A DNA stretch of 49,854 nucleotides. Origin: Octopus bimaculoides. Its lineage: Eukaryota. The DNA lies in the NCBI RefSeq assembly GCF_001194135.2, contig NC_068988.1:21974639-22024492 (forward strand). The letters are read 5' to 3'. Positions 1 through 11,843 of the stretch are shown here, one piece after another; the first letter of the stretch is position 1; every line of letters begins with the position of its first letter. The notes beneath the pieces were generated by a model. That model was given only the letters and a program-made list of their open reading frames with translations, made no database searches and had not been told where the DNA came from. A program made the translations under genes and the position numbers.

Positions 1-85
1 CTCACACACACACAACACACAAACATGTAACACTGTACAATATGTTGCATGGTCGGGTCGTCGGCGACTAAACTGGCAACCCCAT

Positions 86-138
86 CATATATATATATAT
101 ATATATATCTATATGTATATATATGTATGTATGTATGT

Positions 139-197
<59 letters not shown>

Positions 198-200
198 TAC
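86..200. repeat. Compound microsatellite (TA)n-(TATG)n-(TAGA)n
   Basis: Read directly from the sequence. Confidence 0.97.
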
Positions 201-1313
201 ATATATACACGTATACACCCATAAAGAAAAGTAGATGTGTATGTATATATATAAATATATATACATACTTTTCCCCCATACACACTTACTCATCTGTAAA
301 TCTAATGTTAACGCACTTACACATTATAGGCGCAGAGACCTACAAATACAGAATTGCTAATCGTATAAGCATACGGCAATAACAACATGAAACGTAGCCT
401 TATGTCCAACTGGGTCTCCGTATTTGTAATCGTATTCAAATGTACATTTTATATTTGATATTCTGTTTGATTAGTCGTAAACTTTTATTCATGTTTGAAT
501 ACAACCTCAAACAATAATATATTTAATATATTAGTCAAACTTACAAATCGTAATTTTACTACAACTAGATTTACTTACGATGGTTTGTCAGTACAAAGAA
601 ATTTTAATACATCAAAATCTGTATGTGGTGATGTAATCTGCGAAAAATAGTAGCCAAAATGTTCTCAAATTTTTTGTAGAAGGAGCACATTAGATAACGC
701 AGACAAAGGTATATTATGCCTGTTTTAACACTAGATTATTCCTTAGCTGCACCCAGGCTGTGCTGATACTAATAGATATTATCAAATGATAAACAAGTGA
801 TATAACTGAAGCGACAATAGTACCTGCAAAAATAACAATGACAGCATAATATAATGGAAAGAGGTTTTCTCGATTAGAACGCGTGATCTCATGGTGACAT
901 CGAGATTTTGAAATTAAATGAAAAATTATACTGCCTCTGTTTCCAGTCGTTTACAAGTTACATATAAAAGTTACATAGCAAATATACAATTATTTTTGCC
1001 TTTTCCAGATTCTTCAGTTGCCTATAGATGCAGGCGCGTCAAAAGATGTATGTGTGCATATAAAATATGACGTACGCTCACTCTCTCATACGCACTTTTA
1101 CACACATTACAGATTCGGGCATGGAAAGGCATTTTTACAGAGAGATGGATCGTATGCAAACATATATGTAAAGCATAGAGTCACATGCAGACTCATCTAA
1201 AATGATGCAAACGCGGCGAGAATTAATAATCTAGATATACATGACATCGAAACGCATATGTACAACATATGCACAAGAGGTCAGAAATAGTAATGATACG
1301 CAAATTTACGCAT

Positions 1314-1323
1314 ATATATATAT

Positions 1324-1390
<67 letters not shown>
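1314..1390. repeat. Compound microsatellite (TA)n-(TG)n
   Basis: Read directly from the sequence. Confidence 0.97.
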
Positions 1391-1978
1391 TGTATATATT
1401 ATCTATGTATAGCAGGAATTTAAACATAAATATATGCTTACATAGACTCAATCCAGGATGCTATATTCATGCATACAATTATACTCCCACATAACTATAT
1501 ACGTATATTAAATGAATGTATATTTATGAATGTATGTTTCTTTCTTTCTCTGCTCTCCATCCATACATACATACATTCATACACACATTCCTCAAAATCC
1601 CGAAGCTCGCACGCACAATGTAAAAGCCCATGTTTGATGCAGATCCGAGGGAGTGCCGGTCTGATGTCTAAAACTACAAATATTACGTACATTTTCACTT
1701 CGAATTCCTGATGTAACTGGCGTTGATGGTAGAGATGCTAAAGAAACATCTGTAACTGGTCATTAAACGGGTGTTAAAGTTTTACTCTGTCTTGTTATTC
1801 GGGTTATATTTTACACTTTGTCAAACCCAGAAGACAGCTTTACCATCGTGCAACCAAGATATTTTCTACACCTGAAGAATTTCGGAAATAGTCTTGTTTC
1901 CGACAGTGTTAATTGCCCACAGCTCAAGTTGAGTGCAACATTCGAAATAAATACCCTATCTTTCTACCCTACCAGGAA

Positions 1979-2012
<34 letters not shown>

Positions 2013-2595
2013 NNNNNNNNNNNNNNNNNNNNNNNNNNNNNNNNNNNNNNNNNNNNNNNNNNNNNNNNNNNNNNNNNNNNNNNNNNNNNNNNNNNNNNNN
2101 NNNNNNNNNNNNNNNNNNNNNNNNNNNNNNNNNNNNNNNNNNNNNNNNNNNNNNNNNNNNNNNNNNNNNNNNNNNNNNNNNNNNNNNNNNNNNNNNNNNN
2201 NNNNNNNNNNNNNNNNNNNNNNNNNNNNNNNNNNNNNNNNNNNNNNNNNNNNNNNNNNNNNNNNNNNNNNNNNNNNNNNNNNNNNNNNNNNNNNNNNNNN
2301 NNNNNNNNNNNNNNNNNNNNNNNNNNNNNNNNNNNNNNNNNNNNNNNNNNNNNNNNNNNNNNNNNNNNNNNNNNNNNNNNNNNNNNNNNNNNNNNNNNNN
2401 NNNNNNNNNNNNNNNNNNNNNNNNNNNNNNNNNNNNNNNNNNNNNNNNNNNNNNNNNNNNNNNNNNNNNNNNNNNNNNNNNNNNNNNNNNNNNNNNNNNN
2501 NNNNNNNNNNNNNNNNNNNNNNNNNNNNNNNNNNNNNNNNNNNNNNNNNNNNNNNNNNNNNNNNNNNNNNNNNNNNNNNNNNNNNNNNNNNNNNN

Positions 2596-2665
2596 CACCA
2601 CCACCACCAGCACCACCACCGCTGCCGCCTCCGCTGCCGCCTCCGCTGCCGCCTCCGCTGCCATG
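2596..2665. repeat. (CAC)n followed by a 9-bp GC-rich tandem unit GCCGCCTCC/GCTGCCGCC, about 3 copies
   Basis: Directly visible at the contig edge after the 2013-2595 gap. Confidence 0.9.
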
Positions 2666-3438
2666 ATGGCTGCAAACACCATTAGTACCACTTTTTCTGC
2701 ATGACGCATATACCATATACAGTTAGCAAATTAACCAATACCAGTCCACTCTTTTACAGCATAACAACAAACCACTCTGACCACCACCACTGTCAGCACC
2801 ATTAGCGCTGTTTGTATATATACATGCATATAGACCTACTTCCACACACACATACATACACAGATACGTATAGACACACACACATGTGCGTACATGTGTA
2901 TGTATGAAAGAATGTATATNNNNNNNNNNGTATGTATGTATGTATGTCATTAATATCACTCTTAGCAACGGCTGAGGCAAACACCACAACTGCCGCTAAC
3001 AGCGCCACCATGCTCACCACCGCACTAACTACCGAAACTATAATAACTACTACACTTGGTAACGCCCATCACCATCTACCCTCCTCCCTGCACCGCCACT
3101 ACCACGACCACAAGCAGCACCACCAGCACCACCAGCACCACCACATAGTATCGTACCTTATCCATCGCCGTCTACCTCTTACAAACGTATACTAATATCG
3201 AGAAACACACTTCTGCTTACATATAGATAGAAGCATGTACACGCTTACACGAACGCAATTCATCACCGAAACACACGAGGTGCAGTAGTGAAACTAAGGC
3301 AATATAATGTGTTCCGAAGCGCTGCAATAAATGTTCGTTAATTAATTAATCAGATTATTCATCAAAGTGTAGACTTTCAAGATTGATGTACAGCAAGTGT
3401 TTGCAACAGCCCGTGCGGATATTATTGCAGTAGTAGCA

Positions 3439-3439
<1 letters not shown>

Positions 3440-3508
<69 letters not shown>

Positions 3509-3525
3509 TAGCAGTAGCAGCAGCA
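3440..3525. repeat. Compound trinucleotide repeat (GCA)n-(GTA)n
   Basis: Read directly from the sequence. Confidence 0.97.
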
Positions 3526-3593
3526 CCAACTATATTGCTGTGAAGATCGGCAACCAAAATGAGATTAGTAATAATAATAATAATACAACTAGT

Positions 3594-3797
3594 TTCTTAC
3601 TGAGGCATAAGATTTGAAATTTGCGGGAGATTAATAGTCGATGATATCGATCTCTGTACTTGACTGGCACGCAATTTTACCGCCCCGGAAGATTGAGAGT
3701 AAAGTTGATGCCTGTTGAATTTGAACCTAGAATGTATGTTACTGAACGAAATACCAAAGGCATTTTGTTCGCTGGACTAATGGTTCTTCCGAGCTCC
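3594..3797 (-). mobile_element. Old, diverged tRNA-derived SINE, family B
   Basis: Aligns by eye to the reverse complement of the family-B copies at 43064 and 46856, including the GTTCAAATTC box-B region and the GGCACAAG tail motif. Heavily mutated. Confidence 0.7.
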
Positions 3798-3899
3798 AGG
3801 CTTTAGAAGTCTAACATAGTTAGAAGGCCACGATTTTCTTTTGTATATTGATGTCTTACTTGATCAATACCTAACTAGAATTTTATTTTAACCATCACC

Positions 3900-4700
3900 A
3901 AAGGAAGAAAGACAATGTTGATCAGCGAGATTTAATCTCAGAAAGCAAAACGAGCATTCCTCATTGTATTCCGTCGGAAAGAGATCAGTGTCTCTTATAA
4001 CGTACCTCTGCCGTATTCTCTTCCCCTGAAACCAAACGATATTCAATATCTCCCTCTTATTGTTCATGCTAGCAAATCTGCTTGTACCTCAACCAATTAC
4101 TATTTCTTCGTATGCATCTAAATGTTCCCGAATCTCATGATTTCTACGTCGAATTGAGTCTCCTTCTGGATCTTGCATCTGCTTTAACTTAGGATTGCGT
4201 ATTTTTCCCTTGTGTTTCACCTCTCTTTCAACTGCAGCCATTAACAGCTAGTCAGCCTTCTTTTGTCTCCAATACTTGAGGTACTCCTTAGATTACAAGT
4301 AACCGATTCCTGAAGAAGATGCAATATCTTCCGTCTGCCCTTGAAACTCTGGTAAGTAAAGTTTTGGAAAGCATGTCTTTTTAACCTGAGTTTTGTAGTT
4401 GGTACTGTCCTTCATCTCGTCAATCATTCTCTTTCCATTCCTCTTCTACTTCATTAGCATTATTGGAAAAAAAAGCCTTCAAATAGCTGCTACTCCCGCA
4501 TGTATAGCAGCTAGGTTTTCTGCCTTGTACCAACAGGTAGAATGCTTCCGCACCTACAACAAGGTGACTACATGAAAAGTATTTGTTCGTCTAGGGGTTC
4601 AGACAAACAGATAATATATTACGATAATATATTATTCTTTCTCAACTTCGTGCTCACGAACTGTTCGTGCTGCAATGCAAAGATGAAGAGGTGTCACAGA
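3900..4700 (-). pseudogene. Decayed retroelement ORF, probably LINE ORF1/gag-like, with a degenerate CCHC zinc knuckle
   Basis: Minus-strand translation LVVGAEAFYLLVQGRKPSCYTCGSSSYLKAFF (knuckle at 4468-4509) fits CX2CX4HX4C with H>Y (CAT>TAT) and C>F (TGT>TTT). It is preceded by a VEGRxP-like motif typical of invertebrate LINE ORF1. A long, nearly open frame continues to about 3900. Boundaries are approximate. Confidence 0.55.
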
Positions 4701-5865
4701 TCAACACTAATACCAATTATGATTGGAGTCTCTGTTTATTGCATTTCTCAATACATTGCAACCCAAATTGTGGCCCCGTCATCCTTTCCCATGTCTCAAC
4801 GCAATCTACAGGCAAGAAGGTTGTGGCACATGTAACATATTGCTCTTTTGTTTTCCAATAATTTCTTTGGTTCGTAATGTAAACAAAACGGCACCTGTTA
4901 TTATTAATGTTTTTAGAAATATCGCTATCTTTTTATTTGTGGAAGTGTAAATTATTCTGTTAGAATGTACTCTGAGATATTACTTCGACAATACTCTGTG
5001 ACATCCCTTTCAAAATTATTATCAAAAATTCTTTGTTGGTGTATCTGCTGCTTCCAAGTTTATGGTCAGGAACCCAGGAACGCTTACTATTATCCTACCA
5101 TATGAAGACTTATACATAATTAACTTACAATACTTTTAAAAATAATATAATGTATAAAGTCAAATATTTTCTTTGGCTCAAGAAATAAGATATTCAGCTG
5201 TTCCGAACATTCGTGTTTACCAAATGAAATGAAAAATGAGAGCCAAAAACTCCTCATGAACTAAAACTTGATAGAATTCAAATTTTTAGACCTATAGATA
5301 ATAATGTCTGTCTATATGTAACCACGTTCGACAAATATCTCGAGACACAGGAATACCTGCCTTGGTGTCCTGGCAATTTCGAACATTGATGGGCGAAATT
5401 AGCATGTGGATTTCCTGTGATGCTGTGAAGAGCAGGAGATACTCGGAAACTATTTGCTAAATATGAGCTGAATAAGCTTTTTTGTTCAAACATGTAACTG
5501 TTTTATAGGGATTTGAGTGGTGAAATCGTAGTGTGTATGTTTCCTGATCTGGAAAGAAGCAATACATTTTTAGTCAAGTCTATAGTCTCATACAGCGTCT
5601 CAGAAGAGAGATGCAAAATGATCGGTGACATTGAAAATGGAACTGGTAACCAAGGCAGTAAATAGAAAGAACCTGGTCAGAATAATGCCATCTAGTTTTT
5701 CACCTGCAGCAATACACTTCTAATGATGCTGTACTAGACTCTAGGTAGTTGAAGTATGAACGCTCCTTAACACGAAAGACATATCACAACCTCCTGTGAT
5801 CATTAATTCCCGTCCTGTTGCATGCCTTAACATGATATGTACAATTCTAAGGGGAATGGTTCATT

Positions 5866-6603
5866 TTGTTAATGAATGAAGCTCATTTTCATCTCAATGG
5901 CATGGTGAATAAACAGAATTGTCGTCATTGGGATCTTGAAAATCCGAGAGAACTGCACGAAAGACCAGTGCACAGTCCCAAAGTGACGGTCTGGTGTGCT
6001 GTTGAAAAAGCTGCAGTTATTGGTCCTTACTTTCTTGAAGACAATGAAAATTTTGTTACTGCGAACTCTGAGCGTTACATCGAGATGATAAACAACTTCG
6101 TGCTTGAATTACGACGAAAACGTATGCCTATTCGATGCGTGCGGTTTCAGCAGGATTGAGTGACCGCCCATAGAGCAAGAGCATCAATGGACATTCTTCG
6201 CCCTCTCTTCGGTGACCGCCTTATTTCCAGGTTTGCTTACATTCCTTATCTCCCTCAGTCCCCTGATTTGTCCACGTGTGATTATTTCTTGTGAGGAAAC
6301 CTCAAGGCACGTGCGTATGCGCATAAGCTCCGTACATCGGACGATTTGAAGGAAGCTATTCGCGTGGAAGTCACTCAAATCGACGGAGAAATTCTGGAGA
6401 GATTGGAGCCCAACTTCCAAGAATGCCTTCAGAAATGCATCAATGAAAACGAACACCACATGATAAAAGTTATTTTTCCAGGTTAGATTTTGACAAATGC
6501 TAATTCACTATGAACACATCGTTGTCAATAAAATTTGTTTGCAGCTAAAATTAACGATTTGGTGAATTTTTCAAAAACGTCGTCTTCTTTGCGCTGCCTT
6601 GTA
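5866..6603 (+). mobile_element. Decayed, 5'-truncated Tc1/mariner transposon of the DD41D (rosa/Visitor-type) group
   Basis: One frame reads NEAHFHLNGMVNKQNCRHW...KVTVWCA...IGPYF...FQQD*VTAH...SPDLSTCDYFL*GNLK. D2 (6154) and D3 (6280) are separated by exactly 41 residues; D1 is mutated to N (5875); TGA stops at 6157 and 6292. The right end GCGCTGCCTTG+TA (to 6603) resembles a degenerate ...CACCCTG-TA TIR end. No HTH or left TIR was found. Confidence 0.9.
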
Positions 6604-6929
6604 ATGAACACAGTATAGAGCCAGTTGGGAAGAAAGGCGCTAAAATTCTTTGTATAGAATGGCGTTGAAATTCTGTGCATAGAATTCCAAAGAATTCTCC
6701 CAGTTTTAGAGATCATCTGCAGCGGCATTGTTATATTAGCTCATTTAACCCCAACAATTTCGCCCTTCTCACCCAAATTAGTCAAACCATTATATAGTGG
6801 GGTCAATAAAGAAATTCTTCATCTAAATGACGTTTTAAAATGAGAATATTTCCGATATTGTATCGTGTAGGTCTTTTGTACACACAAATATGTACACGCA
6901 GTAACTGCACGATAAAGTGTAGTATATTG

Positions 6930-7170
6930 CCACTTAAGTGTGGCTGACCCCCAGGGGTGGATGTTACTGTTGCTTTTAGCCCCAGGAGGACATCTCCTCC
7001 AGCTGGCTTAACGACACACGACTGTGTCCTGTTTGTCAAGGGAAGTTATCCAAGGTCAGTGGCTATCGAACGCCGACGAAGGGAAATAACCCTGAAATCC
7101 GGATCCGTTCGTGCTACAGATCATGGTGAGAGGGATAACTTCCCTTGGCAAACAGGAAACAGTCGTGTGT
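6930..7170 (+). mobile_element. GC-rich interspersed-repeat fragment, possibly the 5' UTR of an RTE-type LINE, ending in a 38-bp inverted repeat
   Basis: Abrupt GC-rich block in AT-rich DNA. Arms 7014-7051 and 7133-7170 are reverse complements at 36/38. The RTE identity is from memory of octopus repeats and is unverified. Confidence 0.4.
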
Positions 7171-8224
7171 NNNNNNNNNNNNNNNNNNNNNNNNNNNNNN
7201 NNNNNNNNNNNNNNNNNNNNNNNNNNNNNNNNNNNNNNNNNNNNNNNNNNNNNNNNNNNNNNNNNNNNNNNNNNNNNNNNNNNNNNNNNNNNNNNNNNNN
7301 NNNNNNNNNNNNNNNNNNNNNNNNNNNNNNNNNNNNNNNNNNNNNNNNNNNNNNNNNNNNNNNNNNNNNNNNNNNNNNNNNNNNNNNNNNNNNNNNNNNN
7401 NNNNNNNNNNNNNNNNNNNNNNNNNNNNNNNNNNNNNNNNNNNNNNNNNNNNNNNNNNNNNNNNNNNNNNNNNNNNNNNNNNNNNNNNNNNNNNNNNNNN
7501 NNNNNNNNNNNNNNNNNNNNNNNNNNNNNNNNNNNNNNNNNNNNNNNNNNNNNNNNNNNNNNNNNNNNNNNNNNNNNNNNNNNNNNNNNNNNNNNNNNNN
7601 NNNNNNNNNNNNNNNNNNNNNNNNNNNNNNNNNNNNNNNNNNNNNNNNNNNNNNNNNNNNNNNNNNNNNNNNNNNNNNNNNNNNNNNNNNNNNNNNNNNN
7701 NNNNNNNNNNNNNNNNNNNNNNNNNNNNNNNNNNNNNNNNNNNNNNNNNNNNNNNNNNNNNNNNNNNNNNNNNNNNNNNNNNTGACTCCTTTTATGTTTT
7801 ATTTTAATTTTATTTTAATTTTTATTTTATTTTTATTTTTACATGAATATCTGTGTATTACTTTTTCTTTTCTTTTCTGCTCAGGATTTTATATTCCCAT
7901 ATTATTTTATATTGTTATTTCGTTTTGCCATTTTATTATATTGTTCTTAACCACCAACTTCACACTACACACTGAATCGTGGCAAGGTATGGACGGTTTT
8001 CGGAGTACCGAGGAAATTATGTGTAAATGGAGAATTCTACGAGGTATAGTACAATGCAAAATACCGAAAGGAACTTCACCTCTTATATCGCACCTTTCTT
8101 CCTCCTTTAAAGCCGATGTGATATAATTTCTTGGGAGAGAAATACTTTTGCGGCTGAAGATAGCTTTAGAAACACGTGTACCGCAGAATCCTTTGTGTTT
8201 TTGTTATTATTTTTTGCATTTACA

Positions 8225-8265
<41 letters not shown>

Positions 8266-8309
8266 CACACACATATATATAGCTGGGCCCGCGCGCGTTG
8301 TGTGCATGC

Positions 8310-8440
8310 TTATACTTAGAAGAGCATATTGTTGACAATGATTTCGAAGTTTCGGTTAGTTAAACCATCTTCGGACTCTGATGGTGCAACTGGCCGAAAC
8401 TGCGAAGTCACTATCAACAATATTCTTTTTCAAGACTAAA
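8310..8440. repeat. Palindromic hairpin element with a 44-bp imperfect stem and 10-nt loop, possibly MITE-like
   Basis: 8326-8369 versus 8380-8423: 36 Watson-Crick pairs, 3 G-U pairs and 5 mismatches, with loop TTCGGACTCT. Weaker pairing extends about 15 nt further out. Confidence 0.85.
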
Positions 8441-9312
8441 CTTGTACTATACTAAAAGTATAGCGTAGAAACCTCAGATTAATGTAAAATTGGCTGGAAA
8501 ATCTCTGATCACGGGTATATCCTTAAGATAAATTACAGCAATTGCATCAACAACACCAACAAGAATAACATCAACAATTTCTAACGGCTATGGCTAATTT
8601 TAGGCGCTGGTACACTCATTATAAGGAGGCAGTGTAACTAGTTCCATTGACCACCCCTCTTAAACCCGAGTAAATTGGTAGAACTTATAATAATGAAAAC
8701 AGAAATGATGAAAAGAGAAGATTGAACCCCAGGAGGATTCCAATACATATCATACAAGTAGAAAGAGAAACGCAAATAAATACAATTTGGCTTTTAATCC
8801 GTCATTCATGCGTTTCTACCATTCCATCGCCCTCTGCACGAACTCTTCTCCTCATAACGAAATATTCTAACATGAAATCAACATCGATATAAAAACAAAG
8901 CAACAGGTTTCTCTCTCTTTCTCATTCTCTTTCTTTCTCTCATTCTCTCTTTCTCTCTTTCCTCCCACTCTCTGTCTTTCTCGCGCCAGGAACTAACTCG
9001 CGGAGAGGAATTGATTGGTGACACACAACGTTTGAACATTGGGTACAAACGAAATCAGATGACCTTCTCGACACCAAACCTGTTAGGATAAGATAACTCT
9101 GCACAAGAGACGCAGAACGTTGTCAAGATAATTTATGAGAGATTCCATCAATGTTTTAATGTTTTTCCCAATATATGATTAGAACGAAAGATTAGAGACA
9201 TTCGTGATTAAATGGAATGGGTTGTCAGAGTTGTACGTGTTTAAATTTATTCCTTCAGTTTCTCTATCTGTCTATCTGTTTCTTTTCATACAGGCATAAA
9301 CACACGGACGCG

Positions 9313-9315
<3 letters not shown>

Positions 9316-9380
<65 letters not shown>
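9316..9380. repeat. (CA)n microsatellite running into a gap
   Basis: Read directly from the sequence. Confidence 0.97.
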
Positions 9381-9734
9381 NNNNNNNNNNNNNNNNNNNN
9401 NNNNNNNNNNNNNNNNNNNNNNNNNNNNNNNNNNNNNNNNNNNNNNNNNNNNNNNNNNNNNNNNNNNNNNNNNNNNNNNNNNNNNNNNNNNNNNNNNNNN
9501 NNNATATATGTAGGCATAGGTATATGTATATACACTTGGACCTATATATATAGGCGTATATGCGTATCATATTAGGCAGTGAAACGTATATATAACTTTA
9601 TAACATCTCTATTTCATGTCGTAGTAAAGCATATGTCCTGACCAAATACACCCACAAAGACTGACAGAGATACTCACACATTCATGGACGCCTACGCACA
9701 CTTCTATATCTATCTATCTGTCTATCTATCGACG

Positions 9735-9770
<36 letters not shown>

Positions 9771-9822
9771 CATCTATTTAAATATATGTATATATATTGA
9801 TAGATAGATAGATATAGATATA

Positions 9823-9979
9823 TACGACGGGCTTCTTTCAGTTTACGTGTACCAAATCCACTAACAAGGCTTTGGTCGGCCCGAGGATATAGTAGAAGAC
9901 ACTTGCCCAAGGTGCCACGCATTAGGAACAACCTGGAACTATGTGGTTGGTAAGCAAGCTGCTTACCACACAGCCACTC
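9823..9979 (-). mobile_element. SINE family A, head and central domain only
   Basis: Reverse complement of 11460-11620: TGGCTGTGTGG box A, CACCTTGGGCAAG, GTGGATTTGGT...GAAAGAAGCCCGTCG. Ends in a (TA)/(TAGA) tract. Confidence 0.93.
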
Positions 9980-10854
9980 ATATATATATTTATAGCTAAA
10001 TGTATATATATATATGTGTGTGTGTGTGTCTGTGCGTGTATGAGTGAATATACATGTATGTATAGTTATGTATATATGTTGATAGTATTTCGAAGTTTTA
10101 TGCTTCTCAAAATGTAATGAGAAAATGGATGATTGTCGGAGATATACAGGTCTAGGATGTTAGAAACTATAAAACGAAATACAATGAGTGTAATGATATC
10201 GATAAAAAACAAAAAAATATAAAGATGTCCCACTATTGCTAACCTCTATAACCGTTAATGTTAAGATAGAACGCAGTTACAACATAAAACTTATTGTCAC
10301 TAATAACAAAAGTACATTCCAACTAGCAGCAACACGTATTTTAATTATTATAGCTTGGCAATTTAATAAAGATCAATCACAAAAACTACACAATAGACAC
10401 TGATAAACTAAGAACTTGGAATCTAGTATAGTTCCGTCGTTTAATACATTCCTGTAATTGTTTAACCTTTGACTCAATTAACGTCATCCATTAATTTTGC
10501 TTATTAAATTATTGAACTCACAACTTGGAATTTTCTTTTAAACCGTCAGTTTATTAACTTTCGCTAAGTTTTTTTTCGTCTAAATGTATTTAACTATATA
10601 ACACCTTGTTCTTCGATCTCTTCTAATTGAACAGATTATACAGCGACTGCCTATTGCAGATTACATAAATCTGTATTTTATGATATTTTTACATGATTTT
10701 AATCCATTTCAATTTTATCCTATATTATTTTTTGTATAATTTATATTATGTATTTTCTTTTTCTTTTTGTATACTTTCACTATTATTATATTGGATTAGA
10801 TTTTACGTTCGCTTAAATATATTCGAACTTACTAAACAAGCTGCACACAATATT

Positions 10855-11059
10855 TGTTTCTCGTGATCAAATGTTGGTGCTGTTCGTTGGCTCACATCTT
10901 CCATTGATTTGGCGTTGCCTACCTATATAGGCGCACGCCGTGCCGCACGTGAGCTGTTGAAGTCATCACAGAGCGAAGTGAGCACAATGCACCTTCTGGT
11001 CCTGGATTCGAAGCCACGATGTCGCCATCTTGAGTTCAACCTGTCAACCACTGAGCCAC
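10855..11059 (-). mobile_element. tRNA-headed SINE-like element, family E (single copy in the window)
   Basis: Minus strand reads GTGGCTCAGTGG (box A) ... GCTTCGAATCC (degenerate box B), then an unrelated body. No tRNA acceptor stem. Confidence 0.6.
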
Positions 11060-11452
11060 AATTTAACAAGCACACTCACACATATACACAAACATGCATG
11101 CATACATACATACAAACCTAAACACACACGCACACACACACNNNNNNNNNNNNNNNNNNNNNNNNNNNNNNNNNNNNNNNNNNNNNNNNNNNNNNNNNNN
11201 NNNNNNNNNNNNNNNNNNNNNNNNNNNNNNNNNNNNNNNNNNNNNNNNNNNNNNNNNNNNNNNNNNNNNNNNNNNNNNNNNNNNNNNNNNNNNNNNNNNN
11301 NNNNNNNNNNNNNNNNNNNNNNNNNNNNNNNNNNNNNNNNNNNNNNNNNNNNNNNNNNNNNNNNNNNNNNNNNNNNNNNNNNNNNNNNNNNNNNNNNNNN
11401 NNNNNNNNNNNNNNNNNNNNNNNNNNNNNNNNNNNNNNNNNGTGTGGTAAGA

Positions 11453-11843
11453 TAGGCGCAGGAGAGGCTGTGTGGTAAGTAGTTTGCTTACCAACCACAT
11501 GGTTCCGGGTTCAGTCGCACTGCGTGGCACCTTGGGCAGGCGTTTCTACTATAGCCTCGGGCCGACCATAGCCTTGTGAGTGGATTTGGTAGACGGAAAC
11601 TGAAAAGAAGCCCGTCGTATATATATATGTTTGTGTGTCTGTGTTTGTCCCCCCAACATCGCTTGACAACCGATGCTGGTGTGTTTACGCCCTCCCCGCC
11701 AACTAGCGGTTCGGCCAGAGAGACCAATAAAATAAATGCTAGCCTTACAAAGAATAAATCCTGGGTTCCATTTCCTCGACTAAAGGTGGTGTTGTAGCTT
11801 GGCCGCAGTCAAATGACTGAAACAAATAAGAGAATAGAAGAAT
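11453..11843 (+). mobile_element. Full-length tRNA-derived SINE, family A
   Basis: TAGGCGCAGGAGAGGCTGTGTGG head, GGTTCAGTC box B, central domain, internal (TA)/(TG) tract, and a tail ending AAATGACTGAAACAAATAAGAGAATAG. Matches the copies at 19002 and 26212. It probably belongs to the published Octopus tRNA-SINEs (OK/OR1/OR2), but I cannot say which. Confidence 0.93.

Noticed and set aside
60-86. CTGGCAACCC as a DNA-transposon TIR end
   Set aside because: No matching opposite end or TSD was found in the window.
1863-1912. Hammerhead-like motif CTGAAGA followed by a TCGGAAA/TTTCCGA stem
   Set aside because: No GAAA follows the stem and the spacing is wrong; too degenerate to support.
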